A stretch of DNA of 64,000 bases from Chiloscyllium plagiosum (lineage: Eukaryota), in assembly GCF_004010195.1 (NCBI RefSeq), contig NC_057719.1, forward strand, positions 62,808,085 to 62,872,084, read 5' to 3'. The notes beneath the pieces are model-generated. The model had not been told where the DNA came from. It worked only from the letters and a program-made list of their open reading frames with translations, and did no database searches. The translations under genes were made by a program, and so were the position numbers. This document shows, piece by piece, positions 40,100 to 53,373 of this stretch (positions are counted from its first letter, which is position 1; every line of letters starts with the position of its first letter).

Positions 40100-40435
40100 G
40101 AACAGAGGATCCGTACAGTGTGGAAGCAGGCTAATCAGCCAATCAAGTCCACACCGACCCTCCAAGGTGCATCCCACCTAGACACACCCCTTTAACCTAT
40201 TCCTGTAATCCATGGATGGCCTACGTAGCCTGCACGCTATCCCTGGACACTACGGGCAGTTTAGAATGGCCAATCCACCTAACCTGCACAGCTTTGGACT
40301 GTGGGAGGAAACTAGAGCACTCAACAAAAATGCACACAGGCACGGGGAGACCATGCAAAGTCCACGCAGATACTCGCCCGAGGCTGGAATCGAACCCCGG
40401 TCACTGGCACTAAGAGGCAGCAGTGCTACTCACTG
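40100..40435 (-). mobile_element. HE1-like SINE
   Basis: Similar over its full length to 1385-1699. Confidence 0.85.
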
Positions 40436-41010
40436 CATGCATCATATCTGTGTATCATCTCGCAGATCATTGCAGCTGCTGAGATTGTGGTCAAAAAAAC
40501 CTCATCAATTTGATTTTTTTTTTTATATGTCATGTTTTATCCTTCACCCCCGAGGAACAGTGTACGTTTAGTACATTTGATATGCAGTATCTAATATTGA
40601 CTTATGAAATTTCTCGATGTTAAGTCAGCTGCTCAGTTGGAATTAACGTTTGATGCTTTGCTGGAAAATTGCACTGCTCCCTCTTCGATATTAACAGTGA
40701 CACCCACAAGCCTTATCTGAAGAGATCTGCTGCTCACAGCTGCCATATTAGAGTCACAAAAATCCGTAAACTACCTTCTTGACATTTTTAAGAATCTAGT
40801 TCAACTCGTTGATCATATGAGCGATGTATTCGTAAATTATCTGTGGCCCAGTGTCACTGGAGCTGAATGGCTTTTATATTCCTTCAATTTTTCCACGTAT
40901 TGAATATAAAATAGTGATCTAATAGCAATCACCAGCTTCTTAAAGCAGCATATCAAACTGGACTTGCAGCTTGGAGAAAACTGACCCTTTCATATCTTTG
41001 CTCCCACCAG

Positions 41011-41187
41011 CATTCATGTACGTCGCACAGATAAAGTTGGAACTGAGGCAGCATATCATCCTATTGAAGAATACATGGTACACGTGGAGGAACACTATAA
41101 ATTTCTCGCTCGCAAGACAGAAATTGATAAAAAACGAGTTTACCTCGCCACAGACGACCCAACTCTGCTACAGGAAGCTAAGTCAAA
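41011..41187 (+). CDS. FUT8: FUT8 internal coding exon (177 bp): (G)[58 protein letters not shown](K)
   Basis: Not in the ORF track in this frame; translated by hand. Contains the GDP-fucose-binding HVRRTDK motif and the VYLATDD motif. Acceptor ctcccaccag ends at 41010, donor gtaagc starts at 41188. GG|C joins in frame with the previous exon. Confidence 0.97.
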
Positions 41188-41959
41188 GTAAGCAGCTTTA
41201 AGGTCCTGTGTGTTATTCGGTAGAGTTTCCAGAATTGTGGAGAGCTATAAAAGGGTAGGAGCAAAATAAATGCACTTCGCTTCTTTTTGCTGTAGAACAG
41301 CGACATTATGCAGCTTGTGCATCAGCACATTTTGGGGGCAACATCTTCGTTCACTGCTATCTCAGATACATCTGAGAAAGAAGAAGTCAGAACTGAGGAA
41401 AATAACTTCTTGATGAGCGTGGTGTTTCCGCCAAAGGTGCTCATATGTACATCAATTGCACGGAGCAGGAATCAGAAATTGAAACAGATTTTTTCTGATT
41501 CTGGGGTTTCTTAAGAAGAATAATTATCTTTACCGGTTTCTCATTTTGATTAGCCCCCTGTGTCCAATATCAACTGACTTCACCCACGTTTGTTGTTGTG
41601 ACTGGGAAAATGAGATGAAGAGAAGAAAAATGGGTTAACAGTGAAACAATGGTATTAGTAAAGATCGAGCGTTAATAGTTTGGGGAGCATATAGAGGGAT
41701 TGCAGGATGAGTAACTGGAAAGGGCGAATAAACTACAGCAGATGTTTTGTGGTGAATTAAAAAGTAAGCCACTGATATGATCTACTGAGTTGTTAAAGGG
41801 GAATCACCAGGTGCCTAAGTTTCAAAGGACATGCATTGTGCCATGTATCATGGCACAAATATTTGCACATTTGTTACCTGGGGCTGTCCCCGTCTGGCAA
41901 AAACTGGGTGTTAATGCTTCATAAACAGCACGACACAACTGCTGCCCTGTTTCCCCAAT

Positions 41960-42225
41960 CAAAAGGACAAGGACAGCAGGTGCATAGTAATGTCACTGAC
42001 TGCAGGTCCCCCTCTAAGTCGCACATCATCCTAATTTGGAAGGATGTCATTGTAACTTCACTGTCACTGTCTCAAATTTGAGAACTCCTTTCCTAATAGC
42101 ACCACATGTAACCCTGCACCAAACTGTCTTGCAGTTAAGGAAGGCTGCTCACCATCTCCTCCTCGAGTGTAGCTGCAAGTGCTGGTATACCAAGTGATGA
42201 CAACTTCCCATGAAATAAATGTCAT
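41960..42225 (+). mobile_element. LINE 3' end (same family as 14300-14550)
   Basis: Reverse-complement similarity to 14300-14550. Confidence 0.55.
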
Positions 42226-45200
42226 TGAAAGCCACTGCAATGTTCCCCTTGTTCTTCCCACTATGTACAACCAGCCCATTCACCAAATCCCATTTAACAT
42301 GCAAATATGGATCTTGGGACCTCCTAAGGATCCTAATTGCCATTTTAGGACTGAACTGGATAAGGCTTTTAAGCATCTTTACTCAGGCTTAGAAGCAGGA
42401 AGATTCAGGAAAGGGTAAGTTTCACATTGCTATTAAGGCCAGTAACACAGGAACATAAGCTGCTGCCAGGCAGGAATCATCTCTCTGTGCCCACCCATTC
42501 TCATGACCGAAGCAATCAAACACCCTTATGACACCAATTTGATGAAGCAGCTGAAAATGGTTGCGTCAAGGACAGTAATCTTGAGAAACTGCTGCATCGA
42601 TGTCCACGGATTGAGATGACTGACCTCCACCAACCACAGCCATCTTCCTTCATGCGAAGTAGGATTCCAAAGGAGGGAGAATGCTTATGGCCTTGCATTG
42701 GCTTTTTGTGCTTTGCTGCTTCTTTTGGACCTTCTGCCATTTTGCCTTTAAGTTGAATAAAGCAAGGCCGCTTGCCATGCTTGTCAGCACTCGATAGTCA
42801 AAGGGCAGGCATGTCGTACCTTCCACCAAATGGCCATTTCTGAAAGCCTGAAAGGACCAGTCCTTGTGGTCAATGTTCAGCCACTTAGTCAAAGGCATTG
42901 TCCAGTTTCAGTCCCATGAGTTGGCCAGAGTCAGTTGAGTGCTTGATGTCACCAGGATTTGGGAATCCATGTCCTTAAGTTTGGGAAGTTGGGAGCAGTC
43001 ACTTCAGCAGGTCAGGTTCAGTCAGTCTGTGGATTACCACAGATTCAATTGGGGAACTGCAGGGAAGTTACTTAAGGGCCTGGTCCATCTTCAGTCGAAA
43101 AAGGGTGTCCCCAGTGATTGAGCTGAAGCTCAGAAGCCAGGGAATGTTAGCAGTTTGGGAGGATAGGATGGATGAGAGCCAGTGAGGGGAAATGCTGAAT
43201 GCAGTATTGAGGGTGGTAGACTCAGAGCATTGGTGGCAAGTGGGTGTGGTTACAGGGAATGTGAGATAGCAGAGAGAAGGTAGTGGCACTTATCCTTGCT
43301 GAGCACAGAAGGTCATTAACCTTCCTGCAGCCTGGCTGCAAGTTCCTCCAGACTGAGGAAATTGCACTGACTTGGGTGGCTACATAGAGCCAGGCTGGCA
43401 GGATCAGGTGCTATGGTCTCCTCTGCCAGTCCTGGGTGAGAGGACAGCCCTCATGCCCTCCACCTTGTCCATCAGGACCTTCAGATCCTTGTCTGTAAAG
43501 TGAGGTGCCAGTGTGCCACTCTGTCATTTTGAATGGCACAGCAACACACTCAGGGCAGTTCCTGCCTGATAGTGATTGAACTGGTTTAAATATGATGTCA
43601 GCAGCATAAATGCCTTCAAGTCCCATCACTGACAAGTACTCTGCTCCTCTGCTGACCACAAGATGGTACAGAAGCAACATTAAGGATGCAGCATGCGTAT
43701 GTCGTGAGGTGAGTAGCAGAGAATTGCATAAGAGAAGTTGCCAGGGCTTATGAACGGAAATGCTCCATTGAAGTCCCTAAAATTGACACTATGTCAAAAT
43801 ATGGAAAGATAGAATCTAATATTTCTTGTGTAGTGAAACGTTCCATGTTAGATGTCACATAAAATAAAAAGAAAATTGCCATTACATAATCAATTAACAT
43901 GTGTACTGTAAAATGAGATTGCAACAAATTAACTACTTTATCTTTAAAAATTGCTGTTATTAGTAAATGGGCACACTGCTAAATAACTTAATTGCATGCC
44001 TATCAACTGTATTCAAAAGTGGGGGAAACACCCAGTGACTGTTATAAGAAGTTCAGCAACTTCTAATCATTAAAGTTGTACATGCAGGGAGAGCAGGGTT
44101 TTATTTTCAAATGCAGTACCGTCTGGAGCAGCTCTGAATTAGTTGTGGCATGGAAAGAGATGAGTTCAAAACAAATGGTTGAACACAGGCAGTCTGTAAC
44201 ATCAAGAGACATGAAACACTGAGATGGGGAGAGACAAAACATTGGAGAAAGTTGAAGCAGAAAATAAATGAACGTGAGGTGAGCAAGAGAGAATAAAATA
44301 ACAACCAGAAGACAAAGGGTCAAAGGGGATAACTTTGAGGGGAATGAAATGTGCAATTGATTTTGTGCATAATATCGTGAGTTTGGATTTATCTTTTTTT
44401 CCATTTTCACATGTACAAAAAGCACCCACAGGAAAAGTGATAGAATGTGTTTCAGAGTTTGATGCTGTAACACCATATATCAGATAATGGTGGGGAGGTT
44501 TGATTATACTATGGAGGTGCAGAGTAAGGCTAATATTGACAGAAATGGATAATGATACATTGCAGGAATGTTCAATTCAGGTTCATGTTGTCACAGCTTT
44601 GTAAAGTCAGCATGTATTTATTTTGTTCACAGTTGCTTGTTAAATTTTAGAATATTTTAGTTATGTGGAATCCTTATTCCCAGGAACCTAAACATTTTAC
44701 ACAGCTCATTGGCAACATCAGTGCACACTGGAAATTGCTTCAAGAAGAAAAGCTTTGAAGTCTTAAATTTAAACTTCTTAATGAAGTGGACCTATTGAGA
44801 TCAAGGTTACAGGAGTATTTGTGGTCAGCAGCTCCATGGAAGGACTTATCTGACAGCTTCCTGGCTGTCCTTATTTGTGACCCCTTTCACTTCCAGGTGC
44901 TCATCACTGGACGAATGTGGCATTTTGAAGTAACTATCACTGAATTCATTGCATGACTTTTGGTGACTATTTTATCCTCCCACCGTTGGTTGACTTTTAT
45001 ATTTAATTAGCTGTGTACTTAGTACCCAACACTGCCCTGTTATTGGTATAAATCCCACTGAACTCACTGGGATTGCAATGTTAGCAGGAACTGTTGAATA
45101 ACTATGGTTGACAATACAATGGTACTTTGCCTCATGAGAAAACGTATGTGCCCTGATTTAGTTGATCCATCGATGAACTTCAGAGTAGTTAAGTTGTTCC

Positions 45201-45414
45201 AGAAACCCAAGTTAGCAGTTGTTTTTTTTTCTCTCTGCTGAAATTTGAAAAGTTTAAATGTTTAACAAATATGTGATACCTGCTGAAGTGGACTGGTAGT
45301 CATCCAGTTCTCCTAAATTTGTTTGGAATCAGTTATAAATGATGGTTACGGCAATGCTTCCTGCTTTTGCATAAAGTGATGTTTTATTAAAGTGAGGTTG
45401 TGGACAGTGTTTGA

Positions 45415-45633
<219 letters not shown>

Positions 45634-46217
45634 TGATAACTAAATAAATCAATAAGGTAGCAGCAACGTCGTGTGTGTTATCTCTGTATCAATAAGGAAG
45701 TTGATATACTTGGTAATTTGGAGATGCCGGTGTTGGATGGGGGTGTACAAAGTTAAAATTCACGCAACACCAAGTTATAGTCCAACAGGTTTAATTGGAA
45801 GCACTAGCTTTAAGAGTGCTGCTCCTTCACCAGGTGGTTGTGGAGTACACAATTGTAAGACACGGAATTTATAGCAAAAGTTTAAGTGTGATGTAACTGA
45901 AATTATACATTGAAAAATACCTTGATTGTTTGTTAAGTCTCTCATCTGTTAAAATGACCATATTAGTTTCACTTCTTTCATATGTAAATCATAAAATCTT
46001 TTTAAAAAAATTACATTCTCAGGTTAACTTTAACAATTGGTGTCAGCCCAGATAATATGATGAAGGTGTTAGCCCCCTCTGTTCTGTTGTCTGTGCCATA
46101 ATGTTTAGACTGAGTCTAGTCTAAAAAATGAGTTAATAGAGTCTTACATGGATTCATGCAGTTTTTGAGCAAAGTACAATGTAACTCTGCAAGTACAAAT
46201 TCACCCCATAAACATAT

Positions 46218-46338
46218 ATGTGTGTGTCTGTCTGTCTGGGGTGGGGTGTTGTGAGTGTCTGTGTGAGAGAGAGAGAGAATGTGTGTGTGTGTGTAAAGGG
46301 GTCTAAATCTGTGAGAGGGAGTGTGTCTGTGTATAGAA

Positions 46339-46371
<33 letters not shown>

Positions 46372-46395
46372 GGAGAAGGGGTGTCTGTGTGTGTA
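46218..46395. repeat. (TG)n/(AG)n microsatellite-rich tract within the PLE 3' UTR; mirrored as (CA)n-rich at 46687-46990
   Basis: Directly visible dinucleotide runs. Confidence 0.9.
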
Positions 46396-47332
46396 TGGTG
46401 CAATGGTGGTCACCTGTAATGTGATATGAACCCAAGGTCCCGTTTGAGACCCTCCCTATGGGTACCGAACTTAGCTATCAACCTCTGCTCGGCCACTTTT
46501 CGCTGCTGCCTGTCCTGAAGTCCACCTTGGAGGATGGTCACCCAAAGATCCGAGGTTGAATGTCCTGGACCACTGAAGTGTTCTCCAACTGAGAGGGAAC
46601 ACTCCTGTCTGTTGATTGTTGCGCGGTGCCCATTCATCCATTGCCATAGCCTTTGCCTGGATTCACCAATGTATCAAGCCTCAGGGTGTCTCTCTCTCTC
46701 TCTCTCGCACACTCTCGCACACTCTCACACACTCCTATATATATACACACACACACGACTCCTATATACACACACACACACAATTCCTATATACACACAG
46801 ATACTTCTATACACGGACATGCACACAGACACTCCTATACACTCCTACAGATACTCCCACACTCTCACATGCACCTTCTCATAGACTTAGACCACTTTAC
46901 ACTGATGCACACATATATACACTCTCTCACAGACACTCACAACCCCCCACCCCAGATGTGCGTGCGCACACGCACACATAAGCATATACGTTTGCGGGGT
47001 GAACTTGTACTTGCAGAGTTACATTGTATTTTGCTCAAAAACTGCATGAATCCATGTAAGATTCTGTTAACTCATTTTTTAGATTAGACTCAGTCTAAAC
47101 ATTATGATACAGACAACAGCACAGAGGGGGCTAACACCTTCATCATATTACCTGGGCTGACACCAATTGTTAAAGTTAACCTGAGAATGTAACTTTTTTA
47201 AAAAGGTTTTATGATTTACATATGAAAGAAGTGAAACTAACATGGTCATTCTAACAGTTGAGAGACTTAACAAACAATCAAAATATTTTTCAATGTATAA
47301 ATTCCGTGTCTTACAATTGTGTACTACACAAC

Positions 47333-47367
47333 CACCTGGTGAAGGAGCGTCGCTCCGAAAGCTAGTG
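47333..47367 (+). ncRNA. Hammerhead-like motif with core substitution (probably inactive)
   Basis: CAC-CTGGTGA-A-GGAGC-GTC-GCTCC-GAAAG-CTA-GTG; CTGGTGA instead of CTGATGA. Confidence 0.6.
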
Positions 47368-47624
47368 CTTCCAATTAAATCTGCTGGACTATAACCTGGT
47401 GTTGTGATTTTTAATGATATGTTTGATAATTTCAGCACTTAAATACAATGAAGTAGGAAAGAGATCAGCAAAGGAAGGGAGAGCTTCATTTACTACGTTA
47501 TATTTTTCCTCATTATGAGGGTTGGATATGGTTAGGATCTTTCGTGGACAGTATTGGTGTTCTTCTGCATTGGGAAGGCAAAATGTGCAGTTCTAGATAA
47601 AACGTAATATCCCCTAGACGTTTC

Positions 47625-47886
47625 TTTATTGCCTAAGGATACAATTTGAATACACATACAAATAGACTCAAGAACAGCTTCTTTGGTGCTGTTATTAGAC
47701 TTTTGAACGGGCAGCTCAACTGTTAATGTTGAGCTCTAATTCTCTCTCAGCACCTTCTCTGTGGCTGTAACATTGCACTCTGTTCTGCTACCCTGCTGCA
47801 CTTCTTATGGTCCGGTCCACCTGTACGATCCTGCAGAACAACACTTTTCTTCACTATATCTTGGTACATCTGGCAATACTAAATCA
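47625..47886 (+). mobile_element. Rex1/Babar-like 3' end, degraded
   Basis: Reverse-complement similarity to 17440-17690 (caagaacagcttc..gctgttattagactt). Confidence 0.65.
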
Positions 47887-50800
47887 AGTGCCATTTTCCC
47901 CTCCCTGGAGATAGTGAGAGAGCTGATGAGAGAAAAGAAGGTGCTTCTTGGCCCTGGAGAGAATCTCACTCATGTCTAACCCCCTCAGCAATTGAGTGAT
48001 AAACAAAAATAAGGTCAAAGAAAATTATCTTGACTCCCCAACAATTAAGGTCCTTTATATTGACAATGAATTGCCACCTAAGAGCTTCAATTTAGCCCAT
48101 TCTTGATCACCTGCTTTCCCCGCAGATGTGAGAGGTGGCAAAACTATGGCAACCTACGTGCTGTGTTTTTAGGTATTAGGAGATCCTCTAATTTCCTCAG
48201 TCTGGGTGCTTTTGGAGCCACAGATGGCCACTGGATGCCATATCCCTGAGAAATGGGTCCCGATTGGTGACCATTAGGACCTAGAGAACAACAGATTTTG
48301 ATTAGCCGACAGCATCTGACCAATGGCTAGTGAGGCCTGCGGTAAGATAAGATGCTCGCCCTCGCTTTCCGTCTCAACTCTAAAATATCTTACCAGTGAA
48401 GGTGGTGTGCTAATACCCTACACTTAGAGAAAATATCGGAAAATTGAGTCTCTGGTCTTTGTTATATTTGTACAGTTTTGCACAAAAGCAAAAAAAATCA
48501 GAAACATTGTGAAAAATGCCAAGTAGTCATCACAAATTTGAAAACAGAGTCACATCTCGTGCCTCCTGATGGAGGGGAGGCACTTTCGGTGTGTTTGACA
48601 AAATTCCATCTCTTCTTTTTTCCCCCAATTGCAGTTGCAATACTGGGATTTCTATGCCTTCCATCTGGAAAGTCTCGGCCCTGTGCACTCCAATCAAAAC
48701 TTTTTCATTTAATGCTCAATCTGCTTCGAGCCAGAGTTCATATACATAGACAAGAAGTAATTCTCTGCTGGTTTTGTGCTGTATATGTTCAGATGAGTGT
48801 CCATAACTATAGTTGAACTGGAAGTGTATAGTTTGTGAAATGAAGACTTTGTGCTCTGATTTAAACTGATGCTGTGTTGTGGCCTGTACCAACAACCAGT
48901 CGATCATGGGTAACCTAACAGCTCAACTGTGTTTATTATTGATGGCAAGGTCACCTGAAGAGTTATTTCATAATAGCCATTTATAGTTTGTTAATTGTGA
49001 TTTTGTAAATTACACACTTGAAGCTGCATTGCTGATGATTAAATCAGATTACTGTGGTGTAACTGACAGTTAGATTCATAAGTGTGTGTTAATTTACCGC
49101 AGGGAGATTCATGTAGAATTGAAAGGTAGAATTGTTCCTAAGCATTAATTGCAACAGTCTAGAAGGAAAGAGTACAGCAGAAAAATATTGCTATATTCAA
49201 TTATTCTGCACAACGTTCTGTCTGCTGGGTCTTAGTTTCCCTGTGGCACCTGAATTCCTGTTTTCTGATCATGAATCACTTCAGATATCAGTGGCTGGTA
49301 ATCAAGAATCAGACATTTCTACAGAACAATGACACCTAGTCAGTGATAACAGGACAGTTGAGTACATGAGGTACTAAGTAGACAGTATCAGTTGTAACGA
49401 GTGCCGTATTGGAGCGAATTGATTGAGTACCAGTTTTGAACTTGCTCCTTAGTTTTGAAATTAAGCCCTCATTATTTAAATTTAAAATATCCTCATCTCC
49501 CTTGTCATACTAGTCACTTCAGATAATCCCCAAACCACAGGCTTTTTTGGATTTCTCTGGTTAGGGAGCTGTTCGCTTGTTCATCTTAAAGCTTTTATCA
49601 TAACCTTGGAAATAGTGCTGATCAAGGCCTTTTTCTCTTCCTCACTGTTGTTTGGGAGGGCTTGCCAGACCAGGAGTATTCAGTGGTGACTGAGAACCAC
49701 TCTGACTTTAAGCGTAACATTGTTCTCTGGAGGGAATATGGAGAGGGGGCATTGATTCCCACAAATAATATACCTGGAGTTGAAAAGCCATATGCTGTAT
49801 TCACTCTATCCCTCGCTGCCAACTGTAATACATCCAGTTTCTGTTGGGCCTTTAATCTTCACCCCAATTTAATAGTCTGCTGCCAACAGAGAGGACATAG
49901 GATATCTTTCATCCTCATTCCTGGATACTATTTGACATGATTTTCATTTTTCAGAATGTATTTGGACCACAAAAAAAAGTTCACTGTGATACTCTGATGT
50001 TGGATGAGAAACTTTCTGACATGACATAAAATATTGAGTTAGACGTATACGATTCATGAATGCAGCAATCCTTCCTTGCATACAATATCAGTAACTCTAA
50101 TGAGGCTCAGTTGGTATTCCCAGCAGTACACTGGTGCCATCACACTATCGTCAAGCAGTGCTGAAGGGCACTAACAAGGACATGATATTTACTTACTAAG
50201 GCAGCTCTGAGATGGAAGGGGCTCCGAGATGTGAGGGAGGAAACATAGATTTATTCCTCTTCATATCGGTATATGCAGCAGCAAGTAAATCAGAAAGCGA
50301 TGAATGAAGCATAAGATAACAAAATTTCTCTGGCATACTCGAGCTGATGAAATGTTCCTTTCTATTACAATGCCATGGGGATCTGAAGCTGTGGCAAATC
50401 ATTGTTGTGTGCTAAAACACCGAGAATCTGGCCTTGGTTCCAAACAGTGAGAAAGCCAAAGTTGCATGAAAGGTGCTGGTTTTCATTTTGAGTGTTGCTT
50501 TCCCAGGATTCTATATGAATAAAGAAGTTCTCCGATGCAATATCTGTTGATATCCTGAGTCAAAGTTAACAATCAGGTTGTAATTGTGGCAAAAATTGCA
50601 TCTACCATAAGTTCACTATCAGACTTGTCAAAAGCTGAAGGAAAAACTGAATGCTTTGGTCAGTAATTTTGCAAGTAAATCTCTGTGCCTGTGACCCAAC
50701 AGAAGAATATAAGTGACCTGTGAATGAAAAATGAACACAAGAACTCAAAGAAAGAGGGAATTAAAGAAACCGTTCTCAAAGACACAATAGAGTAAACTGA

Positions 50801-51807
50801 CAATGCTTGTAATCTATTCACTGTGTGGGCATATATATGCAGAACATGTAATTTGATGATCTTTTGATGTCAAGAGCTGCCACAATCTTTAATTATGTTT
50901 GAAGTTTCTTAAATTGCAAATTTGAAGTGAACGATTAAATGAAATTCAAGAAGAATTCAGAGTGAATTAATAAAAACTATGGAAGAGGAAATGTTGCAGA
51001 GCAGTTACTTGCTGTCAGTTACACTGAGCTGGCTTTCACTGGTGCATGACATTTGCTGCTTTTCAAGCACATTGATGCCAAATCTTATTGGAAGAAACCT
51101 GAAAAAATGCATGTTAGTTCCTCCTAAGATACAACTATCTGAAACGATTGAAATATCACACCAGTATTCCTGTAAAGTCTGAGAAAATATTTGAATCCAA
51201 AATGTGCACCTTCAATAGGTGTGCCTTAGGAAACACAAAAGAAATATGTACTGACTTCTTTCAGAAGGTGTTATGGATTTTTTTGGGGGGAAATGTAAAC
51301 ATCAGAAAGAACAAAGGAATGGAGCCAACTGCTTCTTGCTTTCTAAGGATCTGAACAAGCCTAATTAATCAAATGGTCTTCTGATGCCATTTCAACTGAA
51401 GCTGGAGGAGTTCACAATGTCTTTCCAGTTGCATTACTGCAAGGTCACAACATAAATTTGAATGCCTTACCCAGCTATCCCTGTAGTCAGTTATGTACTT
51501 TTTCGACATGAGATTTAGATGATATCTGCCAGCTGTCTTCAATCCATAACAAAATGCTGATTTATCATAAAACAAAAAATATTCAATGATGATGCACTAT
51601 TTACCCATCTGAAAATAAACCCAATGCAGATATGCAAATTCATGAAAAGCGAAAAAAGAAATTTTCCATGCAAAGATTAATTTTGAAAAGAAAAAACACT
51701 TCAGCCAATAACTCTTGGATATTGAAGGCAAAAAAAAGATGGTAACCCAGCACATGTAGATAAGTGGCACTTTGTCAATAAATAGAGGTAGACTGTGACC
51801 TTTGCAG

Positions 51808-52056
51808 GAGCAAATTACTGCAGATGTTGGAATATGAACTGTAAGCAACAAATGCCGGAGATCACAGTGGGTCAGGCAGTATCCATGGAGAGAGAGCAAG
51901 CTAGCGTTTCGAGTCCAGTTGACTCTTTATCAGAGTAGAAGTGAAGTGTGGAGCGGGCAGCATTTATGCTCTAGTTGGGATAGGGGGTGGGATGTTAGAG
52001 GGCTGGGGGAGAAAAGATATTAATAGTTCAGATTAAGTGATTGGAATGCGAGAATG
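51808..52056 (-). mobile_element. Penelope-like 3' end with decayed hammerhead
   Basis: TSD CCTTTGCAG at 51799-51807 and 52057-52065; - strand CTGATAA-A-GAGTC-AACTG-GACTC-GAAAC at ~51905-51933. Confidence 0.75.
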
Positions 52057-52534
52057 CCTTTGCAGTGGCAGGTGATTCAGGAAATGTCAAAAAGAAGTGT
52101 TTTGGAGGCTTTTTTGGCAAACAGTTGGATCAGTGTCCCATTTATCAAATGGAACTCTTTAGGATTTTCTCAACAAAGCACATCTTGTGCTGGGTAGCTA
52201 CCCTCCCTCTGTCAGCAAGCTAGACCCCAACTAAACTCCAAACAAAACTAACTCCTAACCAACACAAACCCGGACATAACTCCAAACAAAGTGCTTAAGC
52301 CATATGATTCCAAATATGATGCTTTAAATGAATATCCCAGTTACCCAGTTACTGATCTCTTCTTAATTATAAAAAAGGTTTCTCCTCTTCCTCATCAAAT
52401 GGAACCACAGTACATAATCCTTGAATACTCAAAAAACATTAATAATAACATGAAGGAGTAACTTGTGTTCACACAATGCAGTTAATGCCCTCTGGATGTC
52501 CCATAGCCAATTAGATATTGTTGAAGAGTAGGCA

Positions 52535-52887
52535 CATTTTTTTATTCATTCATGGGGTGAGGGCGTCGCTGACTAGGCCAGCATTTATTACTCATCCCGA
52601 ATTGCCCAGAGGGCCGTTCAGAGTCAACCACGTTGTTGTGGGTCTGGAGTCACATGTAGGCCAGACCACATAAGAATAGCAATTTCTTTCCCTAAACTAG
52701 ATGGCTTTTTCCACACAGTTGACAATTGAGTCATTGTCTTCATTAGACTCTTCATTCCAGACTTTTTGTTTTATTGAACTCAACTTCCACTATTTGCTGT
52801 AGCGGGATTTGAACCTGGGTTTCCAGAACAATATCTGGGTCTCTAGATTAGCAGTCTAGCGACAATGCCACTAGACTTTTGCCTCCC
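52535..52887 (-). mobile_element. tRNA-derived SINE family 2
   Basis: Reverse-complement similarity to 26760-27085; B-box-like ggttcaaatccc on -. Confidence 0.78.
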
Positions 52888-53217
52888 TTCCTTTTGAAAC
52901 GTAATGGTCGAAAAGTAGATCCTAAGAGTTGCTTTGAGGGATGTCCCACATGTTTATAAAGTCACTACAAGTAGCAGCTAGGACATTGGATTTGATATTT
53001 TGTAATGTATTATGAAGGGCAGAGTATAAAGTGGGACATGTATTTGAAGTAACTGTAAGCAATATCCACCATGTCAAAAGAAATGATACTAATTTCAGAG
53101 ACCGTGTGGTGGTGCACTCATACTCTGTAGTCACTCAGTTCCAAAGTTCAAAGTTTTTATTTGCAAAAAAATCTCTTTTTTAAAAATCTCGTTTTAATCT
53201 TGGTCATCCTGCAACTT

Positions 53218-53373
53218 TGAGGAGAAAGTGAGGTCTGCAGATGCTGGAGATCAGAGCTGGAAATGTGTTGCTGGAAAAGCGCAGCAGGTCAGGCAGCATC
53301 CAGGGAAACGTCGATTCTCCTGTTCCCTGGATGCTGCCTGACCTGCTGCGCTTTTCCAGCAACACATTTCCAG
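53218..53373. mobile_element. Young mini fold-back Penelope remnant
   Basis: TSD CATCCTGCAACTT at 53205-53217 and 53374-53386; perfect 52-bp inverted repeat. Confidence 0.88.

Larger units (their letters stand above)
45716..47414 (-). mobile_element. Penelope-like element: GIY-YIG C-terminus and 3' UTR with a long inverted duplication
   Basis: ORF 46410-46637 MNGHRATI..VGEHFSGPGHS..AEQRLIAKFGT..GLKRD. Arms ~45752-46390 and ~46700-47414. Degraded flanking duplication TGATAT(AC/GT)TTG(G/A)TAATTT at 45702-45719 and 47415-47432. Confidence 0.9.

Noticed and set aside
40971..41201. 76-aa ORF MEKTDPF..
   Set aside because: Wrong-frame reading overlapping the real FUT8 exon.
46116..47087. His/Thr-rich and Val/Cys-rich ORFs
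   Set aside because: They are translations of (CA)n/(TG)n microsatellites in the Penelope UTR.
52225..52290. C/A-rich tract with repeated aactccaaacaaa
   Set aside because: Short low-complexity sequence with no further structure.
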